From a virus (taxonomy: Duplodnaviria > Caudoviricetes), in the IMG/VR virus record IMGVR_UViG_3300042923_000857, positions 1-55,722 of that record: a stretch of 55,722 nt of DNA. One strand, written 5' to 3'. Positions within the stretch are counted from its first letter, which is position 1, and every line of letters starts with the position of its first letter. Below the pieces are notes generated by a model. The model was not told the origin of the DNA. It worked only from the letters and a program-made list of their open reading frames with translations, and did no database searches. Positions 1-7,776 of the stretch are shown here, piece by piece. Position numbers and translations under genes: made by a program.

Positions 1-127
1 CGGTCATTTAACTGAGGAGCAGTTAGAGGCGGTAAAGAAAGTAAATATGGACGACGATTCCTTTTTAGACGTTCCATTCATCTTTAATGGCCGTGAATTA
101 ACAAGGGAACAGAAAATTAAACTCCGA
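1..127. repeat. Terminal direct repeat, left copy (circular assembly overlap)
   Basis: Identical to 55596-55722. The repressor ORF reads in frame across the join. Confidence 0.95.
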
Positions 128-239
128 TCTGCTGCTCAATTATTTCTTGAGTAAGATCTATAAGCAATTGCTCGATTATTGCCTTATGCTCAGGAGTGTC
201 ATTTGCTAACGCGTTTAGGAATTCAATTGTATCGATCAT
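117..239 (-). CDS. Small acidic hypothetical protein (40 aa, MIDTIEFLNALAND...)
   Basis: ATG at 239 with GGAAGGGG RBS; convergent with and overlapping the 3' end of the repressor. Confidence 0.45.
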   Translation of the reverse strand: MIDTIEFLNALANDTPEHKAIIEQLLIDLTQEIIEQQIGV

Positions 240-296
240 GATCTTACCCCTTCCAATTTTGAGATTATAACTAAATAGTTCGGAGGATAGCCACTC

Positions 297-524
297 ATGC
301 CACTTTCCGTTGGGAAGTGTCAGCTGCAAGGAATCCGCAAATCCAATGGGTGGACTCAAGATGAGCTATGTATTGAATTAAAACGAAAGCTCGGTATTGA
401 GTTAACCCCTCAAATGATTTCCCATTACGAGACGAACAAGAAGACGATGTCTCTTCTTAATCTGATGGCGATGTCGGAATTGTTTGAACGGAGCATGGAT
501 GACTTCTACCTAAGAAAGCGGTAG
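297..524 (+). CDS. XRE-family HTH regulator
   Basis: GGAGG RBS; HTH_3 pattern IRKSNGWTQDEL...ISHYETNKKTMSL. Confidence 0.85.
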   Translation: MPLSVGKCQLQGIRKSNGWTQDELCIELKRKLGIELTPQMISHYETNKKTMSLLNLMAMSELFERSMDDFYLRKR

Positions 525-693
525 ATAAGCAGTTGGATAAAGTAGGATTTTATCTACTTCTTCCCGAGGGAAAATTTAACCCCTGGCTTTCGTTCTAAAA
601 TAGTCAAGAGGGTATTCAAAGTTTTTAATTCCCACTAGACAACCGCCTGTATTTGTATTATTGGGGATATGGGGATAATTGTAAACTGACTAT

Positions 694-722
694 CAACCGC
701 CTGAATTGTGGTTGTTTTTTTT
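694..722 (+). terminator. Intrinsic terminator
   Basis: CAACCGC-ctgaatt-GTGGTTG followed by a T run. Confidence 0.7.
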
Positions 723-740
723 ATGTCTGTGTGTTATGGA

Positions 741-771
741 AAAAAAGAAAAAAACTGCCATTTGGCAGTTT
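741..771 (-). terminator. Intrinsic terminator ending the agr-like operon
   Basis: Minus strand AAACTGCC-aaat-GGCAGTTT followed by a T run, just after the LytTR stop. Confidence 0.75.
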
Positions 772-785
772 ATAGTTCACAATGT

Positions 786-1166
786 TTAGTTTATAACGAT
801 CACTCGGTTTTCTTCGCGGGCCTTCGACACTACTTTCTTGTAGTACTTCTGAGCTAAGGTAATTTTTTTTGAATTTTTTTCGACTTCATATTCGAAGTAC
901 GCAATGGTATAAATACTGTCCAACCTCTTGATTTTCGGCATATGGACTACAATATTTCGATCAACTTTCTCGAAATCATATCCAGCCGCCTTGAGAGCTT
1001 CCACCCAGTAAGACAAGGAGCCCCCGATATAAAATCGATCCTCCAGCGTGTGAACGAAGACTCGTTTCTCATCAAACTCCAGAAAAAGGACATCCGAAGC
1101 ACCTACGTTCAAAGCCCCTTTTTTTCCTTCTTCATCTTTGGAGACGGACAATTGTAGTGGTAACAT
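786..1166 (-). CDS. Stand-alone LytTR DNA-binding domain protein (no receiver domain)
   Basis: LytTR pattern DVLFLEFDEKRVFVHT...FEKVDRNIVVHMPKIKRLD; GGAGGG RBS before ATG 1166. Confidence 0.85.
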   Translation of the reverse strand: MLPLQLSVSKDEEGKKGALNVGASDVLFLEFDEKRVFVHTLEDRFYIGGSLSYWVEALKAAGYDFEKVDRNIVVHMPKIKRLDSIYTIAYFEYEVEKNSKKITLAQKYYKKVVSKAREENRVIVIN

Positions 1167-1187
1167 ACCGATTCCCTCCATTGTTTT

Positions 1188-1313
1188 CTATTTCAACAAT
1201 TCTGCAGGAGTCTCATCTTGATGAATGTAAAGCCAGCTAGCCGTTGTTGTTGCGATTATTACCGCAATGAATCCTAACAATGTAGCGAGTTTATAGAACG
1301 CACGTTTTTTCAT
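1188..1313 (-). CDS. agrD: AgrD-type cyclic lactone autoinducer propeptide, 41 aa: MKKRAFYKLATLLGFIAVIIATTTASWLYIHQDETPAELLK
   Basis: Translated by hand (absent from the ORF track). ATG overlaps the agrB stop (ATGA) and has an AGGAGGTG RBS. Amphipathic leader followed by TAS-WLYI-HQxExPxxL, the AgrD layout. Confidence 0.9.
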   Translation of the reverse strand: MKKRAFYKLATLLGFIAVIIATTTASWLYIHQDETPAELLK

Positions 1314-1828
1314 GTACTATCACCTCCTCTCCGGATTAACGTTGCACTCTGCACTAAGAATGCAATCGCCAATACCGGTGAGTCAAACAAGAAGTTGCTT
1401 GAGATGATGATGATCGTAATTAATTTAAGTACTGGATATCGTTTTTTCGGAATGCGTGATTCTAATTTTGAAGGAGCAAAAGCTAAAGCGAGGCATGCAG
1501 AAAGGCAATTCATAACATCAATCGTAGTTTGTCCGAAATCCGCAAAAGAGAAGCTAGTTAATCCTAAAGTGGATACCACTACACAAAGCGTACCCGACTT
1601 TAAGTGGAACCCACCTGAGAACTGTCTAAGGAGAGCGTATGATACAAGTGCGATGACAATTTCCGTTGTGCGGCCTGTAAAAGCGGAGATGATTAGCGAT
1701 ATTCCGATGATGAACCCGGTGTTAAGTAAAAATGAAATAGCATGCTTTAATACTGCAACACTACGCGGGTGGTCGGGATTGACAGATTTAATGCCTCTTG
1801 CGAGCTTCCACGCTAGTGAATCAATCAA
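1310..1828 (-). CDS. agrB: AgrB-family membrane peptidase/cyclase
   Basis: Signature LRQFSGGFHLKSGTLC (catalytic His and Cys), FAP motif, several TM helices, directly upstream of agrD. Confidence 0.92.
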   Translation of the reverse strand: MIDSLAWKLARGIKSVNPDHPRSVAVLKHAISFLLNTGFIIGISLIISAFTGRTTEIVIALVSYALLRQFSGGFHLKSGTLCVVVSTLGLTSFSFADFGQTTIDVMNCLSACLALAFAPSKLESRIPKKRYPVLKLITIIIISSNFLFDSPVLAIAFLVQSATLIRRGGDST

Positions 1829-2457
1829 TCTGCAGCATCCTCCTTCTTAAAGGAATAACGGAGGAATACCAGGAGAGCTAGAACGAATACAAGCAAGTTA
1901 AGGAAAACTTCTCTGAAATACATCATTGCTGCTAGAGCAACTATGAAAACAATAATGGACGAAATTACCGCGACTCGTTCCCATGAGAATTTTACGTTCT
2001 CAATAAAGTCGAACGTAAATCCATAGCCGAATCTATACAGAGTCCAACCGATCGAGAAGCCGACAACTCCCGTAAGAACTTGCACTGAGTATGCTTTCCA
2101 TAAAAACTCCTGCACTATATCTAACGAAAAGTATCCATCAGACAAATACAATATCCCATTCTGTATGATGCCAAGTCCCACATAACCAGCAACAGACATA
2201 AAGAACGATCCGATCAGCGGTATTCTAACGAAGATCATTAAGAAGAGTACGATTATCAGCAGGTTTATGATTGGCGCTATAAACGACAAAGATAGTTCTT
2301 CCCTAATTAAAAAATTCTGAAAATTGATGATGATAATCACGATTAAGGTGGACCATTTATAACGCATCAAGTCGTACCTAAAGATATAAAACAATATCGA
2401 AAACACGGCGATCCCTTCAAATATCGAGAAAAACATAAACCCAAGAAATTCACTCAT
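1825..2457 (-). CDS. Polytopic membrane protein (about 6-7 TM) resembling an AgrC-type sensor domain without a kinase
   Basis: Hydrophobic over all 210 aa; translationally coupled to agrB; no H-box or ATPase domain. Confidence 0.7.
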   Translation of the reverse strand: MSEFLGFMFFSIFEGIAVFSILFYIFRYDLMRYKWSTLIVIIIINFQNFLIREELSLSFIAPIINLLIIVLFLMIFVRIPLIGSFFMSVAGYVGLGIIQNGILYLSDGYFSLDIVQEFLWKAYSVQVLTGVVGFSIGWTLYRFGYGFTFDFIENVKFSWERVAVISSIIVFIVALAAMMYFREVFLNLLVFVLALLVFLRYSFKKEDAAD

Positions 2458-2498
2458 GCCGGTGGGCTCCCCAAGTCAAGATAACTGCTAAGTAAGGT

Positions 2499-2807
2499 TT
2501 AATCACTCTTTACTCTTTTGCGCTGTTCCCGCCATTCGTCGATCTTATCGATATATTCTTCTATGTCATCTTCAAGCCAGAAGGGGAATTTACCTGCATG
2601 GAGCATGGGTTCAGGGAAAAACTCTGTCTTTCGCTTATGAATCATATTTCTCGGATCGATCCCAAGCATGATCGCGACTTCTTGATTTCCTATTAGCTTA
2701 ATCCCTTTGGTGCGTCCCTCGTATTTTTTGATCAACTCGTGAATAAGACGTCCGTCTTCCCCGCCGATCCGGTCAGCGAGTTCACGATATTTTTGAAGCT
2801 GATCCAA
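2499..2807 (-). CDS. AlpA/excisionase-like DNA-binding protein
   Basis: LIGNQEVAIMLGI...FPEPM...PFWLEDDIEEY is an AlpA-like winged-helix pattern; TTG start with AAGGGGG RBS. Confidence 0.65.
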   Translation of the reverse strand: MDQLQKYRELADRIGGEDGRLIHELIKKYEGRTKGIKLIGNQEVAIMLGIDPRNMIHKRKTEFFPEPMLHAGKFPFWLEDDIEEYIDKIDEWREQRKRVKSD

Positions 2808-2831
2808 TTATTACACCCCCTTACAAGAATC

Positions 2832-2860
2832 ATTGTATGTCAAAGTCTTATGTATGTCAA
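2832..2860 (-). promoter_or_regulatory. SigA promoter of the agr-like operon, overlapped by a 10-bp direct repeat
   Basis: TTGACA-17-TACAAT; TTGACATACA occurs at 2860-2851 and 2843-2834. Confidence 0.8.
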
Positions 2861-2895
2861 CATCATATATAAGGGAAACTCATATATTCTCAAAT

Positions 2896-2924
2896 AAAAA
2901 AAGCCGCGAAATTACTCCGCGACT
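2896..2924 (-). terminator. Intrinsic terminator ending the ATPase module
   Basis: AGTCGCG...CGCGGCT followed by a T run. Confidence 0.7.
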
Positions 2925-3082
2925 CTCTTTAGACCAACAATAGTCTTGATCCGGTACATCAGCGTCCGCACTTTCTTTCGAAATGGTTTCCGTCGCTCGA
3001 ACTTAAACACGACTTCTACCTTTCCGTTTTTGCTGACAACATACGGTTCGCCATTACGCACACCGATCACAACTCTTTTCAA
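2912..3082 (-). CDS. Small basic hypothetical protein (56 aa, MKRVVIGVRNGEPYVVSK...)
   Basis: Hand-translated; TTG start with GAGGTGAGG RBS; followed by a terminator. Confidence 0.6.
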   Translation of the reverse strand: MKRVVIGVRNGEPYVVSKNGKVEVVFKFERRKPFRKKVRTLMYRIKTIVGLKRVAE

Positions 3083-3145
3083 TTGCCTCACCTCAGTATT
3101 TATTTATCAAGCGGATATCCGCGAGATAGCCTATTCCAATCCCCC

Positions 3146-5602
3146 TTATTTGTTTGATCTACGTTTCTTAATGTCGGCCAGTACTTCGGCTATGGGACGT
3201 CCATACTGCCTCGCATGGCGCTTGGTTAGGAAAGAGTTATCAATAGTGTCGTATCGGTTACCAATCAACGGGAGAGCGTCACAAACGAACGGAGCCTCGT
3301 ATTCTCCCTCGTGCAGCCAGCAAGCAATGTACTGATACTGCTTTGTTGCATCAAAAGCCTGCTGAGGTTCGGTAAATGTCTTACCCAGGTACGGCATTAA
3401 CTTTTTGTATGTGTCTACGTGCGTATTTTTGAACAAGTGCCAATTGATCGAAGCTGAAAGAAGGGTATCTGTGAACCCGGGGTATTCACTAAATGCGCTG
3501 AAATCGTGGAAGACAATCACCGGCGCCAGCCGATACTTCGGCCCTTCTCTTAGCATCCGCTTTGTAAAGTGTACGAGGCCCTTCGATAGGAATTGATGCG
3601 GTTCGTTTAGGACAAGGAACGTTCCCGAGCCTTTACCATCCTGCGCGAGCTTGATCAAAAATGTGAGCATGGCGATCCAATAACCAAGCGTCTCTTTAAT
3701 ACGCTCCGGCATAGGTATCCCATCGGGCATCCGGCAGCGAATGATAACTACCTTTCCTTCCTGTAACCAACGATACAGATCCATCTCAGGGTTAAAGCTC
3801 TGACAAAACATCGGCTTTAGAAACTCGCTGCCTACGATCTGGTTGAGCCTGCGGAGCACTGGTCCGTATATTTGCCCTTGCTTCCCCTCGCTCATCTTAT
3901 CGAAGTCTCGCCAAGTATCCATGTCGAAGACACTATCGAGTTCGGATATCTTCTTTTTCCTGAATGATGGCGAGAGGAACATTTCTTTCATGTCGGTAAA
4001 ATCTCCGTTCGTTGCTTTGGCAGCTTCCCGGGCAAAGTCTGCCGTCTGGAACTTATCCTCGTCGCCGTCCGAAAGTAGAAAGTCGGTTAGATACTCCGCG
4101 ATGACATCGGCAGCCACCCGAGTATCTTTCACATTTTGGAATATAGACTGCAGACCTAGATAAGGTGCATACGCAGTGTCGGCAAGGTTTATATCGATCA
4201 CGTCTTCAGGCGGAAGATGATCTCTTATCGCATCGGCCATGCCGCGGTGACCGTTACGCTCGTCTATGAAGTCTGGGATAACAGCTCCGATGCCGTGCTT
4301 GCGCTTAGCCTCAACAACCATGTTAATGACCGCTTGATCTTTCCCCATACGTGGGCTCCCGTTGACTCCTCGAGCCATATATAGCTTATCCGGACGATTC
4401 GTAGGGATGTGGATATCATAGGTCGCTCCCCGATCGGTAGCCGTCCCGGCCAGAATGCCCTTATCATTCAAAAATACTTTGGGTAACTCGATCTCTACTC
4501 GCCGATTAGATTGGAGTGCATTGGCGAACTCCAATTGCAATTCGGACGTTGGGAGCTGCTGGAGCTTGCCGAGTTCGTCGACGCTCATGATGTTTGGCGT
4601 CATTTCATTCATGCGCCAATTGCTCAAGTCGTTTAATGCTTCCTTGGATCGCAGATTGACCTTTACCATCTCCAAGCGGTTATCGTGGTACTTTCCTTTT
4701 TCAGTGACGACCCCGTACGCACCGGCAACAGATCGAGCAAGCATTTCCCTTTTGACCGGATCGACCGAGAAAACTGTATATCGAATCGACGTTTTGAACA
4801 CCGGGAGATTCCGCTTGTTTTTACTCAGCGGGGATAAATCACCGCTAACCAGCAATTCAGACCGATCGGGATTAATATGCTTTGGCCGCTCTACCTTTTG
4901 CCGTTGCCCTCCATTGTTGTGAAAGAATGACCGTTCGAGTCCGACTAGAACATCGTCGACCAATGACTTAGCTTCAAAGAATAGATGAGTTACCCCGTTC
5001 GCGACATGGCGCAGGATCCTAAGTGGATCGAATCCAGCACGGTACGGCACGCCCCCCTTATCCCATTGTTCCCAAGCATAATCGGCTAGCTTCTTCCACT
5101 TCCCCCGCGGTACCGTCTCTGTCTTAATGAAAATAGAAACTGCTTCATCTTCCGATAACTCATTCGTGACCCCGAGCACGCTCCGGACCGGAATCGTTTG
5201 TTCCGAGTGGTCGGCATCGAGAGAGAACATATCATGTCGCTTATATTTGAGAGCATAAAGCTCCGTCTGCTCACCAGTCGGGAAGTCGAACGTATCGGCA
5301 ACTTCGAGAGTCGACTTCCTCCATTGGTCATGGTTTCTAAACTTGATCCGGAACGCGTCCGCAAACTCTGCTGGCATAGCACAATAATACTCGATAGTCT
5401 GAGAGGTAAGCTTTGTTATCCACCAGAAATCCGGGGCGGCCTTAACAATGATCTTAAATCCTTCCCTTCTTGGTTTATGACGGACCGAGAATAATTCATA
5501 AAGCGCTCGCTGAAAGTTTCGGGAGGACGAATTAAGGACGGTGTGATGCGGGATTATTCGGAATACGACATAGGACGGCTTAAGACGTTCAATGAAATGC
5601 AC
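3146..5602 (-). CDS. Large FtsK/HerA-superfamily (VirB4/VirD4-like) P-loop ATPase
   Basis: Walker A-like GSPRMGKD, Walker B-like FLVLNEPH, REGPKY motif; GTG start with GGGAGG RBS. Confidence 0.75.
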   Translation of the reverse strand: MHFIERLKPSYVVFRIIPHHTVLNSSSRNFQRALYELFSVRHKPRREGFKIIVKAAPDFWWITKLTSQTIEYYCAMPAEFADAFRIKFRNHDQWRKSTLEVADTFDFPTGEQTELYALKYKRHDMFSLDADHSEQTIPVRSVLGVTNELSEDEAVSIFIKTETVPRGKWKKLADYAWEQWDKGGVPYRAGFDPLRILRHVANGVTHLFFEAKSLVDDVLVGLERSFFHNNGGQRQKVERPKHINPDRSELLVSGDLSPLSKNKRNLPVFKTSIRYTVFSVDPVKREMLARSVAGAYGVVTEKGKYHDNRLEMVKVNLRSKEALNDLSNWRMNEMTPNIMSVDELGKLQQLPTSELQLEFANALQSNRRVEIELPKVFLNDKGILAGTATDRGATYDIHIPTNRPDKLYMARGVNGSPRMGKDQAVINMVVEAKRKHGIGAVIPDFIDERNGHRGMADAIRDHLPPEDVIDINLADTAYAPYLGLQSIFQNVKDTRVAADVIAEYLTDFLLSDGDEDKFQTADFAREAAKATNGDFTDMKEMFLSPSFRKKKISELDSVFDMDTWRDFDKMSEGKQGQIYGPVLRRLNQIVGSEFLKPMFCQSFNPEMDLYRWLQEGKVVIIRCRMPDGIPMPERIKETLGYWIAMLTFLIKLAQDGKGSGTFLVLNEPHQFLSKGLVHFTKRMLREGPKYRLAPVIVFHDFSAFSEYPGFTDTLLSASINWHLFKNTHVDTYKKLMPYLGKTFTEPQQAFDATKQYQYIACWLHEGEYEAPFVCDALPLIGNRYDTIDNSFLTKRHARQYGRPIAEVLADIKKRRSNK

Positions 5603-5754
5603 TATATTCGGCCTCCCTGTAAATCATTTAACGAATCGACTGATAAGCAGCAACGACATCCTTCCCAAAACCAACAAGTATGTTGGCAATGGCGTGAACC
5701 AAGCTAGGCAGACAAATGATAACGAGAGCCCTAACGATATATATCGCCTCCCTG

Positions 5755-6429
5755 TCAAGTTATCATCCGCCAAATCACGCCGCCCCAGAGGACGATAAAG
5801 AGGCGTCCGATCCACTTACTGCCGCTTCCCATAATCGGACCTACCATCATCCCGACTGCGCACGCGCAGACGCCTAAAGTAATAATCTCCGCAGAACACA
5901 GACTCACTAGTTCAAAGGTGTGTTTAGTTGTAGCCATAAAAACATTCCCAGCGGGTTTCACAATGAGCTCCGCTTCTTTACCAACAAACCAATCGGCAAA
6001 CCCGTTCGCCTTATCCATGACTCCGCCCCAGAATCCGGGGTCTGATGCTGCTTGAGCTATTGGGGTCGGATCAACCAATGCGCCATTATCTGTGATTACC
6101 TGCAGGTGTAAGTGTGGTCCGGTAGAATGACCAGTGTTCCCACTCAAGCCGATGATGTCGCCGGCATGAACATGATCACCCACTTTTACGTTCATCTTGG
6201 ACATATGGCCGTAGACAACATCTGGACCGTCGTCGAGATCGAGCCTGACCATTCTACCGATCGGTCTATCCCCGGTGATATCGACCTTCGAAATGATTCC
6301 GTCAGCAACGGCATGCAGTTCCGTTCCTTCGGGCATTGCGATATCCACACCCGAGTGAGGGATTTTGTGGACAGAATCTATTGATCCAAATTCGGAAGAG
6401 ATGGGGAATCCATTAATACGTAGCTGCAT
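5755..6429 (-). CDS. M23-family metallopeptidase with C-terminal TM helices
   Basis: HSGVD (HxxxD), YGHM and TGPHLH (HxH) motifs; ATG 6429 after GAGGTGGGG. Confidence 0.88.
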   Translation of the reverse strand: MQLRINGFPISSEFGSIDSVHKIPHSGVDIAMPEGTELHAVADGIISKVDITGDRPIGRMVRLDLDDGPDVVYGHMSKMNVKVGDHVHAGDIIGLSGNTGHSTGPHLHLQVITDNGALVDPTPIAQAASDPGFWGGVMDKANGFADWFVGKEAELIVKPAGNVFMATTKHTFELVSLCSAEIITLGVCACAVGMMVGPIMGSGSKWIGRLFIVLWGGVIWRMIT

Positions 6430-6440
6430 GCCCCCACCTC

Positions 6441-6794
6441 CTACAATGTTTTCAGCCAGTTTCGAATATCCAGAGCGTGCCGAATGATGAGATATCCTGA
6501 TGCGCCACCCATTAAGAATTCCAGCGCCTTTGTTCGATTGCCGAACATCCAGGTCACGCCGGCATAAACAATAATCCCCGCACATAGCCAATCCGATATT
6601 TCGAGTACGGTATTAAATATCTCGAGCCATGATGATTCGGAAGCCGGGACAGCGGCGAATACTTCTTTCGGAAATAGAATGAGGTGTACTGTTGCAGCTG
6701 TCTTCCTTGCGATGTTTAGTTTGCGATGCCGATCCAGCGGGACGATGTGGCCGACCATAAACTCATTCCAGTTTAAGGTCACCGATTTTCCCAT
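6441..6794 (-). CDS. TrbC/VirB2 pilin-like membrane protein
   Basis: Leader ending VFAA, then two hydrophobic helices separated by GNRTKA, as in VirB2/TrbC pilins. Confidence 0.55.
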   Translation of the reverse strand: MGKSVTLNWNEFMVGHIVPLDRHRKLNIARKTAATVHLILFPKEVFAAVPASESSWLEIFNTVLEISDWLCAGIIVYAGVTWMFGNRTKALEFLMGGASGYLIIRHALDIRNWLKTL

Positions 6795-6875
6795 TCGATT
6801 CATTCCTTTCGTCCGTATGACCATTCCTGATCGAGGACATGATTAGTTATAAAAACCGGAAATGAGGTCGAGACA

Positions 6876-6938
6876 ATGTCCTTCTTTATTGGATTGATTG
6901 TTGGTGGAGTAGTCGGCTGGTTCGCTAGCGGCATATAA
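6876..6938 (+). CDS. 20-aa hydrophobic peptide MSFFIGLIVGGVVGWFASGI
   Basis: Hand-translated; GAGGT RBS; GxxxG TM motifs. Confidence 0.5.
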   Translation: MSFFIGLIVGGVVGWFASGI

Positions 6939-7060
6939 TTTTCAGCCGACTACGCGGACACGCATTATAGACATGCCCGGTTGCATACGCTGGGGGTAAA
7001 GCGGTCGCCTTCGCGATCGCGCTTGGGAGCGACGGCGGAAAACCTCGCTCCCTTTTGCTG

Positions 7061-7297
7061 TCATTTCTTGATGAACCGCGCTCCTTTCGCCGTCAATGAG
7101 ATCCATACTGTCTCAGGTTCGTTGTTGGCATTGGATGGGAACTGTGAAGATGACGGCGAATCTGAAGCCTCCATATCGCGCTGAATCAGACGTTTGATGT
7201 AGGACGAGTAGTTCGTTTGACTTTCCGCATACTCCAACAATTTCATTTGAAATGGATCATCAGGGTTAAACACTACCGGCTTTCTCTTCATTGCCAT
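7061..7297 (-). CDS. Ribbon-helix-helix-like small regulator
   Basis: KRKPVVFN...LLEYAESQTNYSSYIKRLIQRDM; GAGGAG RBS. Confidence 0.6.
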   Translation of the reverse strand: MAMKRKPVVFNPDDPFQMKLLEYAESQTNYSSYIKRLIQRDMEASDSPSSSQFPSNANNEPETVWISLTAKGARFIKK

Positions 7298-7476
7298 TCT
7301 GTAGTTAACTCCTCTCGTGGTTATCATGTAGTTGCTACCCGTGCATAACGGGTTATGTTGAGAGAATATGGCGATTGCTTGGTTAACTTTCCGATTTCTA
7401 TGACTCTAGCTTGTATCTTTTTATAGATTCTCGTCCAAACTGATATAAATCAGAATCTCGGACGAGGAGTGCCAAT

Positions 7477-7698
7477 ATGTATGGAATAGGTAAGAAGAGA
7501 AGCAAGTATGGGAGGTTTTTAGATGACAATAAAATAGACCAGTCCGAAGTGTGTAAACTAGCTGGCATTAACAAAGACACGGTATCTAAAGCGTGCAACG
7601 AGGATGATCCGGTGTTGCGGGGAATTACAAAGAGGGCATTGGTAGAGGCGGCTAGACGTTTATCGAGGATCGATGTTGAAGAAGATGCTTTCTGGTAG
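7477..7698 (+). CDS. HTH (XRE-like) regulator
   Basis: IDQSEVCKLAGINKDTVSKAC HTH; GAGGAG RBS. Confidence 0.8.
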   Translation: MYGIGKKRSKYGRFLDDNKIDQSEVCKLAGINKDTVSKACNEDDPVLRGITKRALVEAARRLSRIDVEEDAFW

Positions 7699-7776
7699 GA
7701 TATGCTATATTAGGATTACCAGAATTTCAGCAAATACCCCAGCCGATGGGGATCATATTAAATGGGGAAATTACAA

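Noticed and set aside
1-127. 127-bp terminal repeat as a biological DTR or attL/attR
   Set aside because: It falls inside the repressor ORF and its length equals a common assembler k-mer. The HNH/terminase type suggests cos ends near terS instead.
2834-2860. Direct repeat as the LytTR binding site
   Set aside because: The period is 17 bp, not the ~21 bp typical of LytTR sites, and it overlaps the core promoter.
5624-5815. Small membrane ORF (VirB3-like) between the M23 and ATPase genes
   Set aside because: A GGGAGG RBS is present near 5750 and two hydrophobic frames are possible, but neither has a convincing start codon, so it could not be called.
6430-6591. N-terminal extension of the M23 ORF given in the ORF track
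   Set aside because: It overlaps the pilin-like gene, and a good RBS supports the start at 6429.
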